NCBI GenBank assembly: GCA_963716175.1
Contig: OY970296.1
Location: 3,456,001-3,520,000 of the forward strand
Length of the DNA: 64,000 nt
Direction: 5' to 3'
DNA from: an uncultured Armatimonadetes bacterium
GTDB taxonomy: Bacteria > Armatimonadota > Hebobacteria > Hebobacterales > Hebobacteraceae
Both the position numbers and the translations under genes were made by a program. Shown one piece after another: positions 51,996 to 60,666 of this stretch (positions are counted from its first letter, which is position 1; the number at the start of each line of letters is the position of its first letter). Below the pieces are notes generated by a model. That model saw only the letters and a program-made list of their open reading frames with translations. It was not told the DNA's origin and searched no databases.

Positions 51996-52693
51996 TCGCC
52001 TCCCGGGAGACAGCCGTGGCCAGCCCAGCGCCCGGCGGGCCCGAGAAATCCGCCGGCGAATCCAGCCCGGGATCCGCCCTCCCCGGCGGCGGATCGAGCC
52101 GGCCCGACTCTCTCAGCCCAGAGGAGGCTGCGCTCTTCGAGCTCATCGTTGGTCGCCTGGACAATCCGGAACTTGTTGACTCTCCCTTCGGTAGGGCCGT
52201 GCTAGTTTACCTCTGCCTGCGGCGCAGGGCGCCGGGCCTACAATTACTCCCTATTCTGCGGTGGCCGGCCGATTTGCTCTCCTCCTGCACTACCTCTCGC
52301 TTCCTTCATTCGGCCGTGCCTGACCTGGTTCCCGCTCCCCCGCCAGAGGAAGAGGATCTCGACCGTCCAAACGTCTGGCCCCCGCTGGCGCCCTCAGCCG
52401 GTACGATCGTCATCGGCCTGGAAACTTTTCACTGGCAAACCCCTTCCCTGGGCGAACTTGAAGGTTGCGAGAACTCTGTCGGCAGCCTTCATGATGGCCG
52501 CGTGCGGAGCTCGGCAAAGGCGTGTATCCGCCTCGCTGTTCTGTTCCTTCGCGCAAAGCATCCTGAGGTGACCGCCGAAATTGTCGGCGGCTTTGCCGCC
52601 AATGCCTGGGGGCCGCTCACCGATATGTTTAAGCGAGCTCTTCCTCATCTTTGGGCCGAGGGTACAGACCAGAAGGAGGGGATCCATGCTTAA
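51992..52693 (+). CDS. protein with two tail-assembly-chaperone-like domains
   Basis: GRAVLVYLCLRRRAPGL...WPAD and FHWQTPSLGEL..LAVLFLRAKHPEVT both align with the next two ORFs. Confidence 0.6.
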   Translation: MIASRETAVASPAPGGPEKSAGESSPGSALPGGGSSRPDSLSPEEAALFELIVGRLDNPELVDSPFGRAVLVYLCLRRRAPGLQLLPILRWPADLLSSCTTSRFLHSAVPDLVPAPPPEEEDLDRPNVWPPLAPSAGTIVIGLETFHWQTPSLGELEGCENSVGSLHDGRVRSSAKACIRLAVLFLRAKHPEVTAEIVGGFAANAWGPLTDMFKRALPHLWAEGTDQKEGIHA

Positions 52694-53090
52694 GGACGAC
52701 TTCACCGTCATGGGAACAGACTACCTCTGGAGCCCGCCGACAGCAGCGGATCTGGCTGAGTGGGAGCGTGAGATCGGTCAGCGGCCGCTGACCGACCAGA
52801 CCGCCCTGCGTTCGGTTCACGGGAGGGGCTATTTGCTGTGGCTGCTTTTCCGGCGGGATCAACCTGATCTCACCCTCGATCGGGTTCTGGCCTGGGGCCC
52901 GAACGTCATCGCCTCCCCGAACATCTCTCGCCTCCTCAACAAAGCGTGCCCGCAGCTCGGGATCGAGGAGGTCAAGGCGGACCCCCGACACATGTATGGC
53001 AGACAGACGACCAACCGCCAGAAAGGTCTCGCAACGAACCGGTCCTCCGGAGTCGAGCGTCTCCTGGACATCGAGGGGCCAGCCCGATGA
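52686..53090 (+). CDS. tail-assembly-chaperone-like protein
   Basis: AGGAGG RBS; YLWSPPTAADL.EWE..IG...SVHGR.YLLW..FRRDQPDLTL. Confidence 0.65.
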   Translation: MLKDDFTVMGTDYLWSPPTAADLAEWEREIGQRPLTDQTALRSVHGRGYLLWLLFRRDQPDLTLDRVLAWGPNVIASPNISRLLNKACPQLGIEEVKADPRHMYGRQTTNRQKGLATNRSSGVERLLDIEGPAR

Positions 53091-53132
53091 ATCGTGCGAT
53101 CGACGGTCTCTGCTGAGAAAGGATCACAAGTC

Positions 53133-53519
53133 ATGCCTTCAACCGGCACCATCGAAGTCGATGGCCACACCTATACCTGGCTCTCGCCCACGCTTGGGGA
53201 CTTGGAGCGGTTCGAGGCTACCATCGGGCCAATCTCCGACTCCGCTGCCATAAACAGCGTCAAGGGCCGCATTTGGCTCTGCTGGGCCTGCCTCAGAGAG
53301 AGCCAGCCGGACCTAACCTTGAAGCAGATCGGCGAGTGGCCAGCGGATGCCTGGAACGCCATCTGGGCCACGATCCAGCAGGCAATTCCGCTGTGGGGCC
53401 CCGCCAGCGGCGAGGACGAGAAGAAGAAGGAGAAGACCTCGGCCTCGCCCGACACCTCTGCCTCGCCTGCGCCCGACTCTGGGGGTGGCCCCCTTCCGTC
53501 ACCCGTCGGGAGCGGGTAG
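53133..53519 (+). CDS. tail-assembly-chaperone-like protein (gpG-like), immediately upstream of the TMP-like gene
   Basis: IEVDGHTYTWLSPTLGDL.RFE..IG...SVKGR.WLCW.CLRESQPDLTL; position before the TMP-like gene. Confidence 0.7.
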   Translation: MPSTGTIEVDGHTYTWLSPTLGDLERFEATIGPISDSAAINSVKGRIWLCWACLRESQPDLTLKQIGEWPADAWNAIWATIQQAIPLWGPASGEDEKKKEKTSASPDTSASPAPDSGGGPLPSPVGSG

Positions 53520-53555
53520 GCGATCTTCTCGACCTGCTCAGGGACTTAGAGAGCG

Positions 53556-55070
53556 ATGCCACAGACAGAGAAGCTCGAAATCCTAGTCCAGGCCCGCGAC
53601 CAGGCCAGCGCCGTCCTCAAGGGCGTCGCCGGTAACCTGCGCGGCGAGCTCAAAGCCGTCGAAGGCGCGAGTGCCGGTCTCGCCAGCACCAGCAGCCGCA
53701 TGGCCGGCACCACGGTCGCGGGATTCGGGCAGATGCGGGGCTCCGCCAAGGGGTTCACCTCCCAGCTCAATGCCACCAGGCTGGTGATGGCTGGTGTCGC
53801 CGTAGCCGCCGTCGGGATGGCCACCAAGTTCATTGAGAAGGCCGCCGAGGCCGAAGCCGTCGCCACCAAGCTCCGCGTCGCCATCGCCGCCAGCGGCCAG
53901 GGCATCAACCAGAAGGCGCTCGAGGAACTGGCCACCCATCTTGGGGAGGTGACTACCTTTAGCAAGGAAGCCGTCGAGGGTATGGAAGCGTTCCTTGTTG
54001 GCGCCCATCTGAATCAGGAACAGATCGAACGCCTCAGTCCGGCCATTATTGACATGGCTACCTACCTCGGCACCGACCTCACCTCTGCGGCCAAGGCCAT
54101 CGGCATGGCCCTCAAGAGAAACTCCACCATGCCCCTCATGCGCCTGAAGTTGGCGGTTGATAAGGCGAAGTTCGCGCTCGATCCGCTCGGCGCCATCCTC
54201 GATGCCATCAAAGGCAAGGCCGGCAACCTGGGTGAAGCCGCCGGCAGGGACGCTGGCGGCCAACTGGCCATCTTCACACACCAGGTGGAGCAACTCGAGA
54301 TCGCTCTCGGCACTATGCTCCTGCCGACACTCAAGCTCGTGGTTCCACTCATGAAAGACCTAGCCAAGGCCGCGACCGCGATCGCCCAGGTCCCGGGTGT
54401 CAGCCAGGTGGTGTCAGGCGGCATGCTTCTTGCTGGGGGCCTCGCGGTTGCCGGCCTGGTTGGTGGGCCCCTCGCAAAGGGGGCCAAAGGAGCGGCGGCA
54501 GTGGGCAAGTGGGCCCTTACCAGGGCGGGAGTCCTGGAGGCCGCCGCCCCCGTCGCCGAGGGCGTCGCCGAGGGCGCCGCCGTTGGCTTCGGCGCACGCG
54601 CGCTGGGGCTACTCGGCGGCCCGATCGGAGCGACCGCGGTCGTCGCCGGCACTGCCGCTACCATCGCCGGCCCGCCGCTCGCCCGCTGGAGGGAAGCCAG
54701 GCAGGAAGATGCCATCACTGCCCGCGCCCGGGCCTTCGTCGCCCGCAGGCGCGCTGCCGGCCTGCTAATCCCGGGCGAACCCTTCACCGGCCCGCCTCTC
54801 CAGGAGCCCGCCCGCGTGGCCCCTCCCACCGGCCCCGAGCCCACCCCCCAACAGCAATACGAATCCTTCCTCAGGGGCCAGGGCTGGGTGCTGCCCGCCC
54901 CCGCGCCCGCACCGGCGAAGATCACCAACACCGCCCCCAATGTCGCCGTCTCCCAGGCCGCCAACAACGACCTCCTCATCCGCGTCCAGATGCCCGAAGT
55001 CCCCCAGGGCCTGGTGGACGATTACACCAACGAATACCTCGAAGATGTTTCCTATGCCGAGGAGGAGTAA
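53556..55070 (+). CDS. short phage tail tape-measure-like protein
   Basis: N-terminal LEILVQARDQAS..L, ATHLGEVTTFSKEA, IIDMATYLGTDLTSAA, Ala/Gly-rich helical and hydrophobic core. Confidence 0.75.
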   Translation: MPQTEKLEILVQARDQASAVLKGVAGNLRGELKAVEGASAGLASTSSRMAGTTVAGFGQMRGSAKGFTSQLNATRLVMAGVAVAAVGMATKFIEKAAEAEAVATKLRVAIAASGQGINQKALEELATHLGEVTTFSKEAVEGMEAFLVGAHLNQEQIERLSPAIIDMATYLGTDLTSAAKAIGMALKRNSTMPLMRLKLAVDKAKFALDPLGAILDAIKGKAGNLGEAAGRDAGGQLAIFTHQVEQLEIALGTMLLPTLKLVVPLMKDLAKAATAIAQVPGVSQVVSGGMLLAGGLAVAGLVGGPLAKGAKGAAAVGKWALTRAGVLEAAAPVAEGVAEGAAVGFGARALGLLGGPIGATAVVAGTAATIAGPPLARWREARQEDAITARARAFVARRRAAGLLIPGEPFTGPPLQEPARVAPPTGPEPTPQQQYESFLRGQGWVLPAPAPAPAKITNTAPNVAVSQAANNDLLIRVQMPEVPQGLVDDYTNEYLEDVSYAEEE

Positions 55071-55110
55071 CCCTCAATGCCAGCGGCAAGCGGGAGTCGG
55101 GAGAGCCAGA

Positions 55111-55440
55111 ATGACAGAGCAGGTTGCAACGGCAGTCCGGGGAGTGGCGGCAATCAGAGCCTCCGTCGCGGTGAGAGTCAGGCCCGACCTTGTGGCGACA
55201 CTCAGTCCGGAGGTGGCCGCGAGGCTGTTCGGCCTTGGCGATGAGGAGAAGCCCCACGAGTATCTGACCGTCAACGAAGCGGCGGAAATGCTCCGCGTCG
55301 TGCCCCAGACCGTCCACCATATGATCCGTGATGGCCGCCTCCGGGCCCAACGCGTGTGCGACAAGCGCGTCCTCATTAAGCGCGAGGAGGTGTTGCGCTG
55401 CTTTGAGCCTATTGAGCCGCAGAGGTACGAGCTCGACTGA
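55111..55440 (+). CDS. excisionase-like HTH_17 DNA-binding protein
   Basis: YLTVNEAAEMLRVVPQTVHHMIRDGRLRA. Confidence 0.85.
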   Translation: MTEQVATAVRGVAAIRASVAVRVRPDLVATLSPEVAARLFGLGDEEKPHEYLTVNEAAEMLRVVPQTVHHMIRDGRLRAQRVCDKRVLIKREEVLRCFEPIEPQRYELD

Positions 55441-55444
55441 GGGA

Positions 55445-56224
55445 ATGACGGCTTCCATGGCAACGTCCACCGCAACATCGAAGAGCCCCCGGCCCCAGAT
55501 CGGTCTGCTCGAGTCCACCCCGAAGCAGGTGCTCCCGATCGGGGTGCGTGCTATCGGCCGGTCAGGCGTCCTCGAGCTGATGAGGATTGGCGGCGGACTC
55601 TCCTACAAAGAGGTCGGCAAGCGGGCCGGTATGCCACCCGTCAAAGCCATGCGCCTGATCCGCGGCCAGTACCTTAAGGCTCGCCACCGGGATCTCCGGC
55701 GGATCCTCGATGTCCTCTGGGCCGCGCTTCCGGCCATCCAGCAACCGGGTCCGCTGCAGGTAATCGAGGAGGCAGAGCGTCGCTTCGCCCTCCCGCGCAC
55801 CGCGAGGCCCATGTATCTTACCCTCGATGAGGCCGCCGACCTGCTCAAGGTGAACCGGGCGAAGATGCGCCGGCTCGCCAGCGACCGCCCCGAACTTCAC
55901 GCCATCAGGGTCGGGTGGGGCGTCAGGATTCCCCGCCAGGCGATAGAAGAGTATATCCTCGCCCCGCGCCGGGCCGCGGCCTCCTCGAAGTTCATGTCGC
56001 CGGCGGCTGTGGCCGCCCTGTTCCGAGTGCATGAAGATGTGATCGGGTATGCCATCCGCACTGGCCGCATCCGCGCCCAGCAGTCAACGAAACAGAAGTG
56101 GGGCCGCTGGCGCATTCCCATGGCCGAGGTCAGGCGCATCGCCCGCTTCGGAGTCACCAATCTGCCCCGGCTCAAAAGCTGGGGGCCCACACACAGAGAC
56201 CATGATCGCCGCCCTACTGCGTAG
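55445..56224 (+). CDS. multi-HTH protein (XRE-like plus two HTH_17 domains)
   Basis: GLSYKEVGKRAGM; YLTLDEAADLLKVN; FMSPAAVAALFRV...IRTGRIRA...WRIP. Confidence 0.75.
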   Translation: MTASMATSTATSKSPRPQIGLLESTPKQVLPIGVRAIGRSGVLELMRIGGGLSYKEVGKRAGMPPVKAMRLIRGQYLKARHRDLRRILDVLWAALPAIQQPGPLQVIEEAERRFALPRTARPMYLTLDEAADLLKVNRAKMRRLASDRPELHAIRVGWGVRIPRQAIEEYILAPRRAAASSKFMSPAAVAALFRVHEDVIGYAIRTGRIRAQQSTKQKWGRWRIPMAEVRRIARFGVTNLPRLKSWGPTHRDHDRRPTA

Positions 56225-56659
56225 TCCTTCATATCTCGAGCGATCTGCCTCGGCCTTCCCATGCCGCGGCTCGGCGGAACCGCCTCTCGGGTTCGGGCGG
56301 AGCCTGGCGTGTCAGCGCCAGGCCGAGGGGTCGGCGGTGTTCCAGCACCGCCGACCCGCGCTCTCATCTGCCTTGATAGGGGTAGGGCGCCTGGCATGCG
56401 GACACCAGGCGCGGGGGCCAGTGGTGCTAGCACACGGCTGGCCCCGGATCTCGCTCACGCAGATTCACCCAGGGCAACGGCGGCTTTCCGCCTTGGCCGC
56501 CGATCTCCAGCCAGGGGCGAGGCCCGCACGCGGCCCGATCCCACCCCTCGCCCCCGGGCTGCCCTCATCCTTCTCTTTCTCGGGCCGGGGCGACTCTGCC
56601 CTCCCAGCTCTCGGCCAAACGACGCTCTACGAGGCCCCAGGAGAAGAGCATTGATCGGG

Positions 56660-57307
56660 ATGCACCCATACCCATCCCCTGCCCCGAACGCCTCTCCTAC
56701 CCCCCATGACACCCCGTCACAGGGGCATTCCCTGCGCGACCTCAAGTTGCAGGCCGGACTCTCCGTGCGCCAGATCGCCGATCGCACCCGGATCCACTAT
56801 CGCCGTGTCGCTCGCGTGCTTTCCGAGAGAGGGCGCCCCCGGCGCCGGGAACTCAGGGTCCTGCGGCAATGCCTGGATAATGAACTCCGCCGCCGGCGCA
56901 GCTCCGATCCCGGCTTCCTGCGCTCTATCCAGGAGGTGGCCGTTCCCTTCCTGCATGCCCGCCTGAGGCCTAGCGGTGACTGCGCTGCGGGTGAGGATCC
57001 CGCTTTGCATCGAGGGAGTTCACTATCTCCCGTCGAAGACGTCGTTGGCGGCGAGGGAATCGCAGCAGGCGGCCCCTGCGCTCGGCGGAATGGGTCCCGT
57101 CAGGCCGCGGGAGCTCCTGCGACACTATTCGGCCGGCGGCGGCTGAGTGGCAAGCGAGCACCTGCGATTCCCTCCCGCCGCTCTCATCCAGGGAATCAGA
57201 TTTCCCCGCTCCTGTGCGAGGCCACCACGGTCTGCCCCACCTCCACCGCGGAGGCGCTCAGGGCCCACGCGCCGGCGCCCGCCCCGGAGAGGAATCCGTC
57301 CGAATGA
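56660..57307 (+). CDS. XRE/Cro-like HTH protein (C-terminal half uncertain)
   Basis: LRDLKLQAGLSVRQIADRTRIHYRRVARVLSE. Confidence 0.55.
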   Translation: MHPYPSPAPNASPTPHDTPSQGHSLRDLKLQAGLSVRQIADRTRIHYRRVARVLSERGRPRRRELRVLRQCLDNELRRRRSSDPGFLRSIQEVAVPFLHARLRPSGDCAAGEDPALHRGSSLSPVEDVVGGEGIAAGGPCARRNGSRQAAGAPATLFGRRRLSGKRAPAIPSRRSHPGNQISPLLCEATTVCPTSTAEALRAHAPAPAPERNPSE

Positions 57308-57744
57308 GCGCGAGATCCTCCGCGGCCGCCACAACCACGCTCGCCCTCCCCGCCGCCGTCGCCCGGGGCCTCCTCGATTGGCGCCGGCGCCTGCAGCAGG
57401 TGGAGCTCGCTCGCCGTCTCTTCTCGCCGCAGGCCGACCAATTGCAGCGGGACCTGTGGGGCGAGGTGGCCCATGCCGTGCTCAGTGCTGGCGACGAGGA
57501 GGCGATCGCCCAGCTCCTGCCCGCCGTTGCGCGGCGGCTGCGGATCAGCCCCGCCAGCCTTTCCCGGGTACTGGAGGTGGGCCGGGCCTGGCCCCAGGAG
57601 ATCCCGGAGCGCCCCTGGATCGTTCTCTGCGCCCTCGCCCGCCTGCCCCAGGAAGAGCGAGATCGCCTGGACGCGGCCCTGCCTCTGGACGCGCCCCTGA
57701 GCGCGGTCACTTCGCCGGCACAAAAAGCGGACGGAGACGCTTGA
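57304..57744 (+). CDS. hypothetical protein, helical DUF1016_N-like pattern
   Basis: ATGA overlap with the upstream stop; VARRLRISPASLSRVLEVGRAWP...PW. Confidence 0.55.
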   Translation: MSARSSAAATTTLALPAAVARGLLDWRRRLQQVELARRLFSPQADQLQRDLWGEVAHAVLSAGDEEAIAQLLPAVARRLRISPASLSRVLEVGRAWPQEIPERPWIVLCALARLPQEERDRLDAALPLDAPLSAVTSPAQKADGDA

Positions 57745-57768
57745 CAGGGCGAGGATATGGTATATAAT
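57741..57768 (+). promoter_or_regulatory. near-consensus sigma70 promoter for the HTH-transposase operon
   Basis: TTGACA-16bp-TATAAT. Confidence 0.7.
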
Positions 57769-57799
57769 GCCTGATAATGCCAGATCAGAAGAAGATAGC

Positions 57800-58009
57800 A
57801 TGGCTGAGCGCCTGATCAAGGCTCGTGAGGCGGCCGCCATCCTTGGCGTGAAGCCGCTCACGATCTATAGGTGGGCTGCCCAGGGGAAACTAGCCTCGCT
57901 CCGCGTAGGCCCCGGGGGGAAGATGCTTCGCTTTCGCTATGCTGACATCAGGGCCTTGATCAAGGAGAGCCAGGCCCAGGACAAGCCCGGCGACGAGGGG
58001 GCTGGGTAA
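57800..58009 (+). CDS. excisionase-like HTH_17 protein
   Basis: LIKAREAAAILGVKPLTIYRWAAQGKL...RFRYADI. Confidence 0.88.
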   Translation: MAERLIKAREAAAILGVKPLTIYRWAAQGKLASLRVGPGGKMLRFRYADIRALIKESQAQDKPGDEGAG

Positions 58010-58039
58010 TGGCCGCCCGCACGGAGAGGGCAAAGGTGC

Positions 58040-58136
58040 TGTCAGACGGTCTGACGGGCGCAATAGCGCGCCGAACCTGTGACATTCACCGTGTCAGACG
58101 GTCTGGCACGCGTAATAGCGCCCGAAAGTGTGACAT
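58040..58136. repeat. two ~46-bp tandem repeats (TGTCAGACGGTCTG...AATAGCGC...TGTGACAT)
   Basis: 58040-58085 and 58092-58136; motif related to the element-end sequences. Confidence 0.8.
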
Positions 58137-58829
58137 ATGAAGGCCCCCGCCAGGAAGCAGAGCGACAATCCCCAGATCCCGCTCCCCCTGGAGCTGGAGC
58201 GCGCTCTTCCGTCGCTGCGGGAGCGCCTCGCTCAGATTCAGTCCGCCCTCGGGGGCAAGCCGGATTACGCCGCGGTCAACCGCTGGCGCTGGGAGCTCGG
58301 GATCCAGATCTCGGACGCGTTGCGGAGCCATGCCCCGGAGGCCACCATGCGACCCCATGTGCTGGCGCTCGCGCCGCGCCTGGGGTGCAAGGCCTCCCTG
58401 CTTTACGGGTTCGTGAACGTCGCTAGGGCCTTCCCCGATGAGCCTCCGCCCCAGTATTGGGACACCCTCGTGCACCTTGCGGCCATCGAAGATCCGCAGC
58501 GGCGCCAGGAAGCTCTGCGTCGGCTTCCGGATTGGGCGCCAGTCCGCTTGTCCAGGCCCACCCGGGAAGAGGTCGAGTCCGAGAAGATGCTGCGAGAGAT
58601 CAAGCTCAGCGCCCAGCACGAGCTCGACGCGGCCCGCCATTTTGTCCACAAGCTTCCTTCCACACAGCAGCTCTTCGTCGCCCAGGAGATACTGGAAGGC
58701 TTCGACGAAAAGGCCGTCGCCGAACTCACCGACCCACCGCTCCAGATAGCTGAGATCTGCAAGGCCACCGAGAGGCTGAGAACGCTCCTGACCTGTGCCG
58801 CCGCAGGCCCCAATGAACCACCAACCTGA
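58137..58829 (+). CDS. hypothetical protein, DUF1016_N-like N-terminal region
   Basis: RWELGIQI...LAPRLG..ASLLY.FV.VARAFP...YW..LVHLAAIEDPQRR. Confidence 0.6.
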   Translation: MKAPARKQSDNPQIPLPLELERALPSLRERLAQIQSALGGKPDYAAVNRWRWELGIQISDALRSHAPEATMRPHVLALAPRLGCKASLLYGFVNVARAFPDEPPPQYWDTLVHLAAIEDPQRRQEALRRLPDWAPVRLSRPTREEVESEKMLREIKLSAQHELDAARHFVHKLPSTQQLFVAQEILEGFDEKAVAELTDPPLQIAEICKATERLRTLLTCAAAGPNEPPT

Positions 58830-60666
58830 TGAGACAATCGCCGCCCTCATAGCCCAGGTCAATGCGCTGCTCGCCGAAGGGGCGGGCCCCGAGATCGTCG
58901 GCCCCCTCCTCCAGCGGCTGAAGCAGTTATCGAAGCACGGTTCTTGCATCCACAACCTGCGGCGCATCGCCACCTTCCGCGCCGTGAAGAGAGATTCTGC
59001 GGTCAGTCAGGCCGCGCAGCGCTGGATCAAGCGCGGCCAGCGCGCCGCCCTCAAGCCGAGCAGGGCGGCGGGCCCGGTCACCAGGCAGCAGATAGGCCTC
59101 TGCCAGCAGTTCCTCGCGATAGATGCCCAGCCCGAGCCGCTCAGGTCCCGCCTCCTGGAGGCGAAGGCCCACGATCTGAACCTATCATTGCCGACCCTCC
59201 TCGGTAAGCTGAGGAAGGCGAAGGCACAGGGCCCGGATGGCCTCGCCCGCCGGCGCCGCCGCGATCGGGGGCGCTGCCGGGAGCCCGAGGAGGTTCAGGG
59301 GTTCTTCCGCGATCGGCGGATCAACAAGGCCACCCGCCACGAGCCGGTGCAGCTCTCCATCGATGCCACCCGGCGCGAGTTCCCCGATCTCCGGATCTCC
59401 GCCGATGCTTTGCGCCGCCTCGACCGGGGCATCGGGAGGCCGCTCACCATGAGCAAGGAAGAGAGGCGCCGGCGCTACCTCCCGAGCGGCCAGTGGGAGG
59501 TTGCGCACCCAAACCACACCTGGGTGCTCGACTGCACCGTCGCCGATCTCTTTGTCTGGGACGGCGATCCCGATGAGAAACCCTACCGGCCTCACCTCAC
59601 CGCCATCATAGATGAGTGCACCCAAAGCTGCATGTGGGCCATCTACACGAAGGAGACGCCCAGCACGGCCGTCCTCCAGGGCGTCCTTCTTCACGCCATT
59701 CTTCCCAAGAGCGATCCCGACTGGCCTCAGTGTGGTTTCCCCAGGTATCTGCACTGCGACAACGGCAAGGTTCAGACCTCGCACTGGCTCAGGCAAGTCT
59801 GTGCTGCCTGCCACACGAAGCTGGATCTCATGGGCGAAATCCGCCATGCCGGGATTCGCTCCCCCTGGCAGGACGGTCATATCGAAAGCTTCTTCGGCAT
59901 CGCCCACCGCCGTTTTGAGGGCCAGCTCGGGGCCTGCTATTGCGGGAATGACCCCAAGCGCCGGCCGGATTGCTTCGCCGACCCCGAGGGGAAAGGGCCT
60001 CGCGTCTGGCAGCAGTATCCGACGCTCGATATCCTCAATGAGGGCTTCCGCATCTGGATCAGCGCCGACTATCACCACGGCATGAAGCATAGCCGGCTGA
60101 AGATGAGCCGCGCCAGGTATTGGGACCTGCACGCGGATGGCTATGTCGCCGTGGTGCCGGAGGCTTACCTCCGGTACGAGCTGATGCAGCGCGACCAGCG
60201 CAATGTTGTCGGCCCCAGGGTTAGCATCTTCAATCGCGCCTACCGGCATGAGGATCTCATTGCCTATGACGGCATGAGACTCGAGGTCCGTTGGGATCCC
60301 GCTGATCTCACCAAAGTGGGCGTGGTCAGCCCCAGCGGGGCCGTCATTGTCGCCGCGCGAGAGCCGGTCGGCTCAGTGGATGATCCCAAGGATCTCTCCG
60401 CCCTCAAGGGCTGGCGCCGGCGCAGCAAGGCCAAGCTGGAGGCCATTGACACCGCCGCGCGGGTGCTGGCGGGAGGCACTGAGGCTGATCGCCGCACCTT
60501 CGAGGAGAGACTGACGAAGCATCGGGAGAGGCAGCCGATCCGCTTCACCGGCCGGCGCCCCCAGGTTCTCAAGCCAAAGCAGGAAGAGCAACCGGACGCC
60601 ACTGAGGCGCTCGACCTGATCCGGGGCGCAGGGCAGCGCGGCGTGGCCATGGCGGAGCGAGTCTAA
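58813..60666 (+). CDS. Mu/TnsB-like DDE transposase
   Basis: PNHTWVLDCT (D), LTAIIDECT, LHCDNGK (D), DGHIESFF (E), Mu-transposase C-terminal VRWDPADL. Confidence 0.88.
   Translation: MNHQPDETIAALIAQVNALLAEGAGPEIVGPLLQRLKQLSKHGSCIHNLRRIATFRAVKRDSAVSQAAQRWIKRGQRAALKPSRAAGPVTRQQIGLCQQFLAIDAQPEPLRSRLLEAKAHDLNLSLPTLLGKLRKAKAQGPDGLARRRRRDRGRCREPEEVQGFFRDRRINKATRHEPVQLSIDATRREFPDLRISADALRRLDRGIGRPLTMSKEERRRRYLPSGQWEVAHPNHTWVLDCTVADLFVWDGDPDEKPYRPHLTAIIDECTQSCMWAIYTKETPSTAVLQGVLLHAILPKSDPDWPQCGFPRYLHCDNGKVQTSHWLRQVCAACHTKLDLMGEIRHAGIRSPWQDGHIESFFGIAHRRFEGQLGACYCGNDPKRRPDCFADPEGKGPRVWQQYPTLDILNEGFRIWISADYHHGMKHSRLKMSRARYWDLHADGYVAVVPEAYLRYELMQRDQRNVVGPRVSIFNRAYRHEDLIAYDGMRLEVRWDPADLTKVGVVSPSGAVIVAAREPVGSVDDPKDLSALKGWRRRSKAKLEAIDTAARVLAGGTEADRRTFEERLTKHRERQPIRFTGRRPQVLKPKQEEQPDATEALDLIRGAGQRGVAMAERV

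Noticed and set aside
58040-58136. Mini CRISPR array
   Set aside because: Only two imperfect units separated by 6 bp; no spacer-sized unique sequence.
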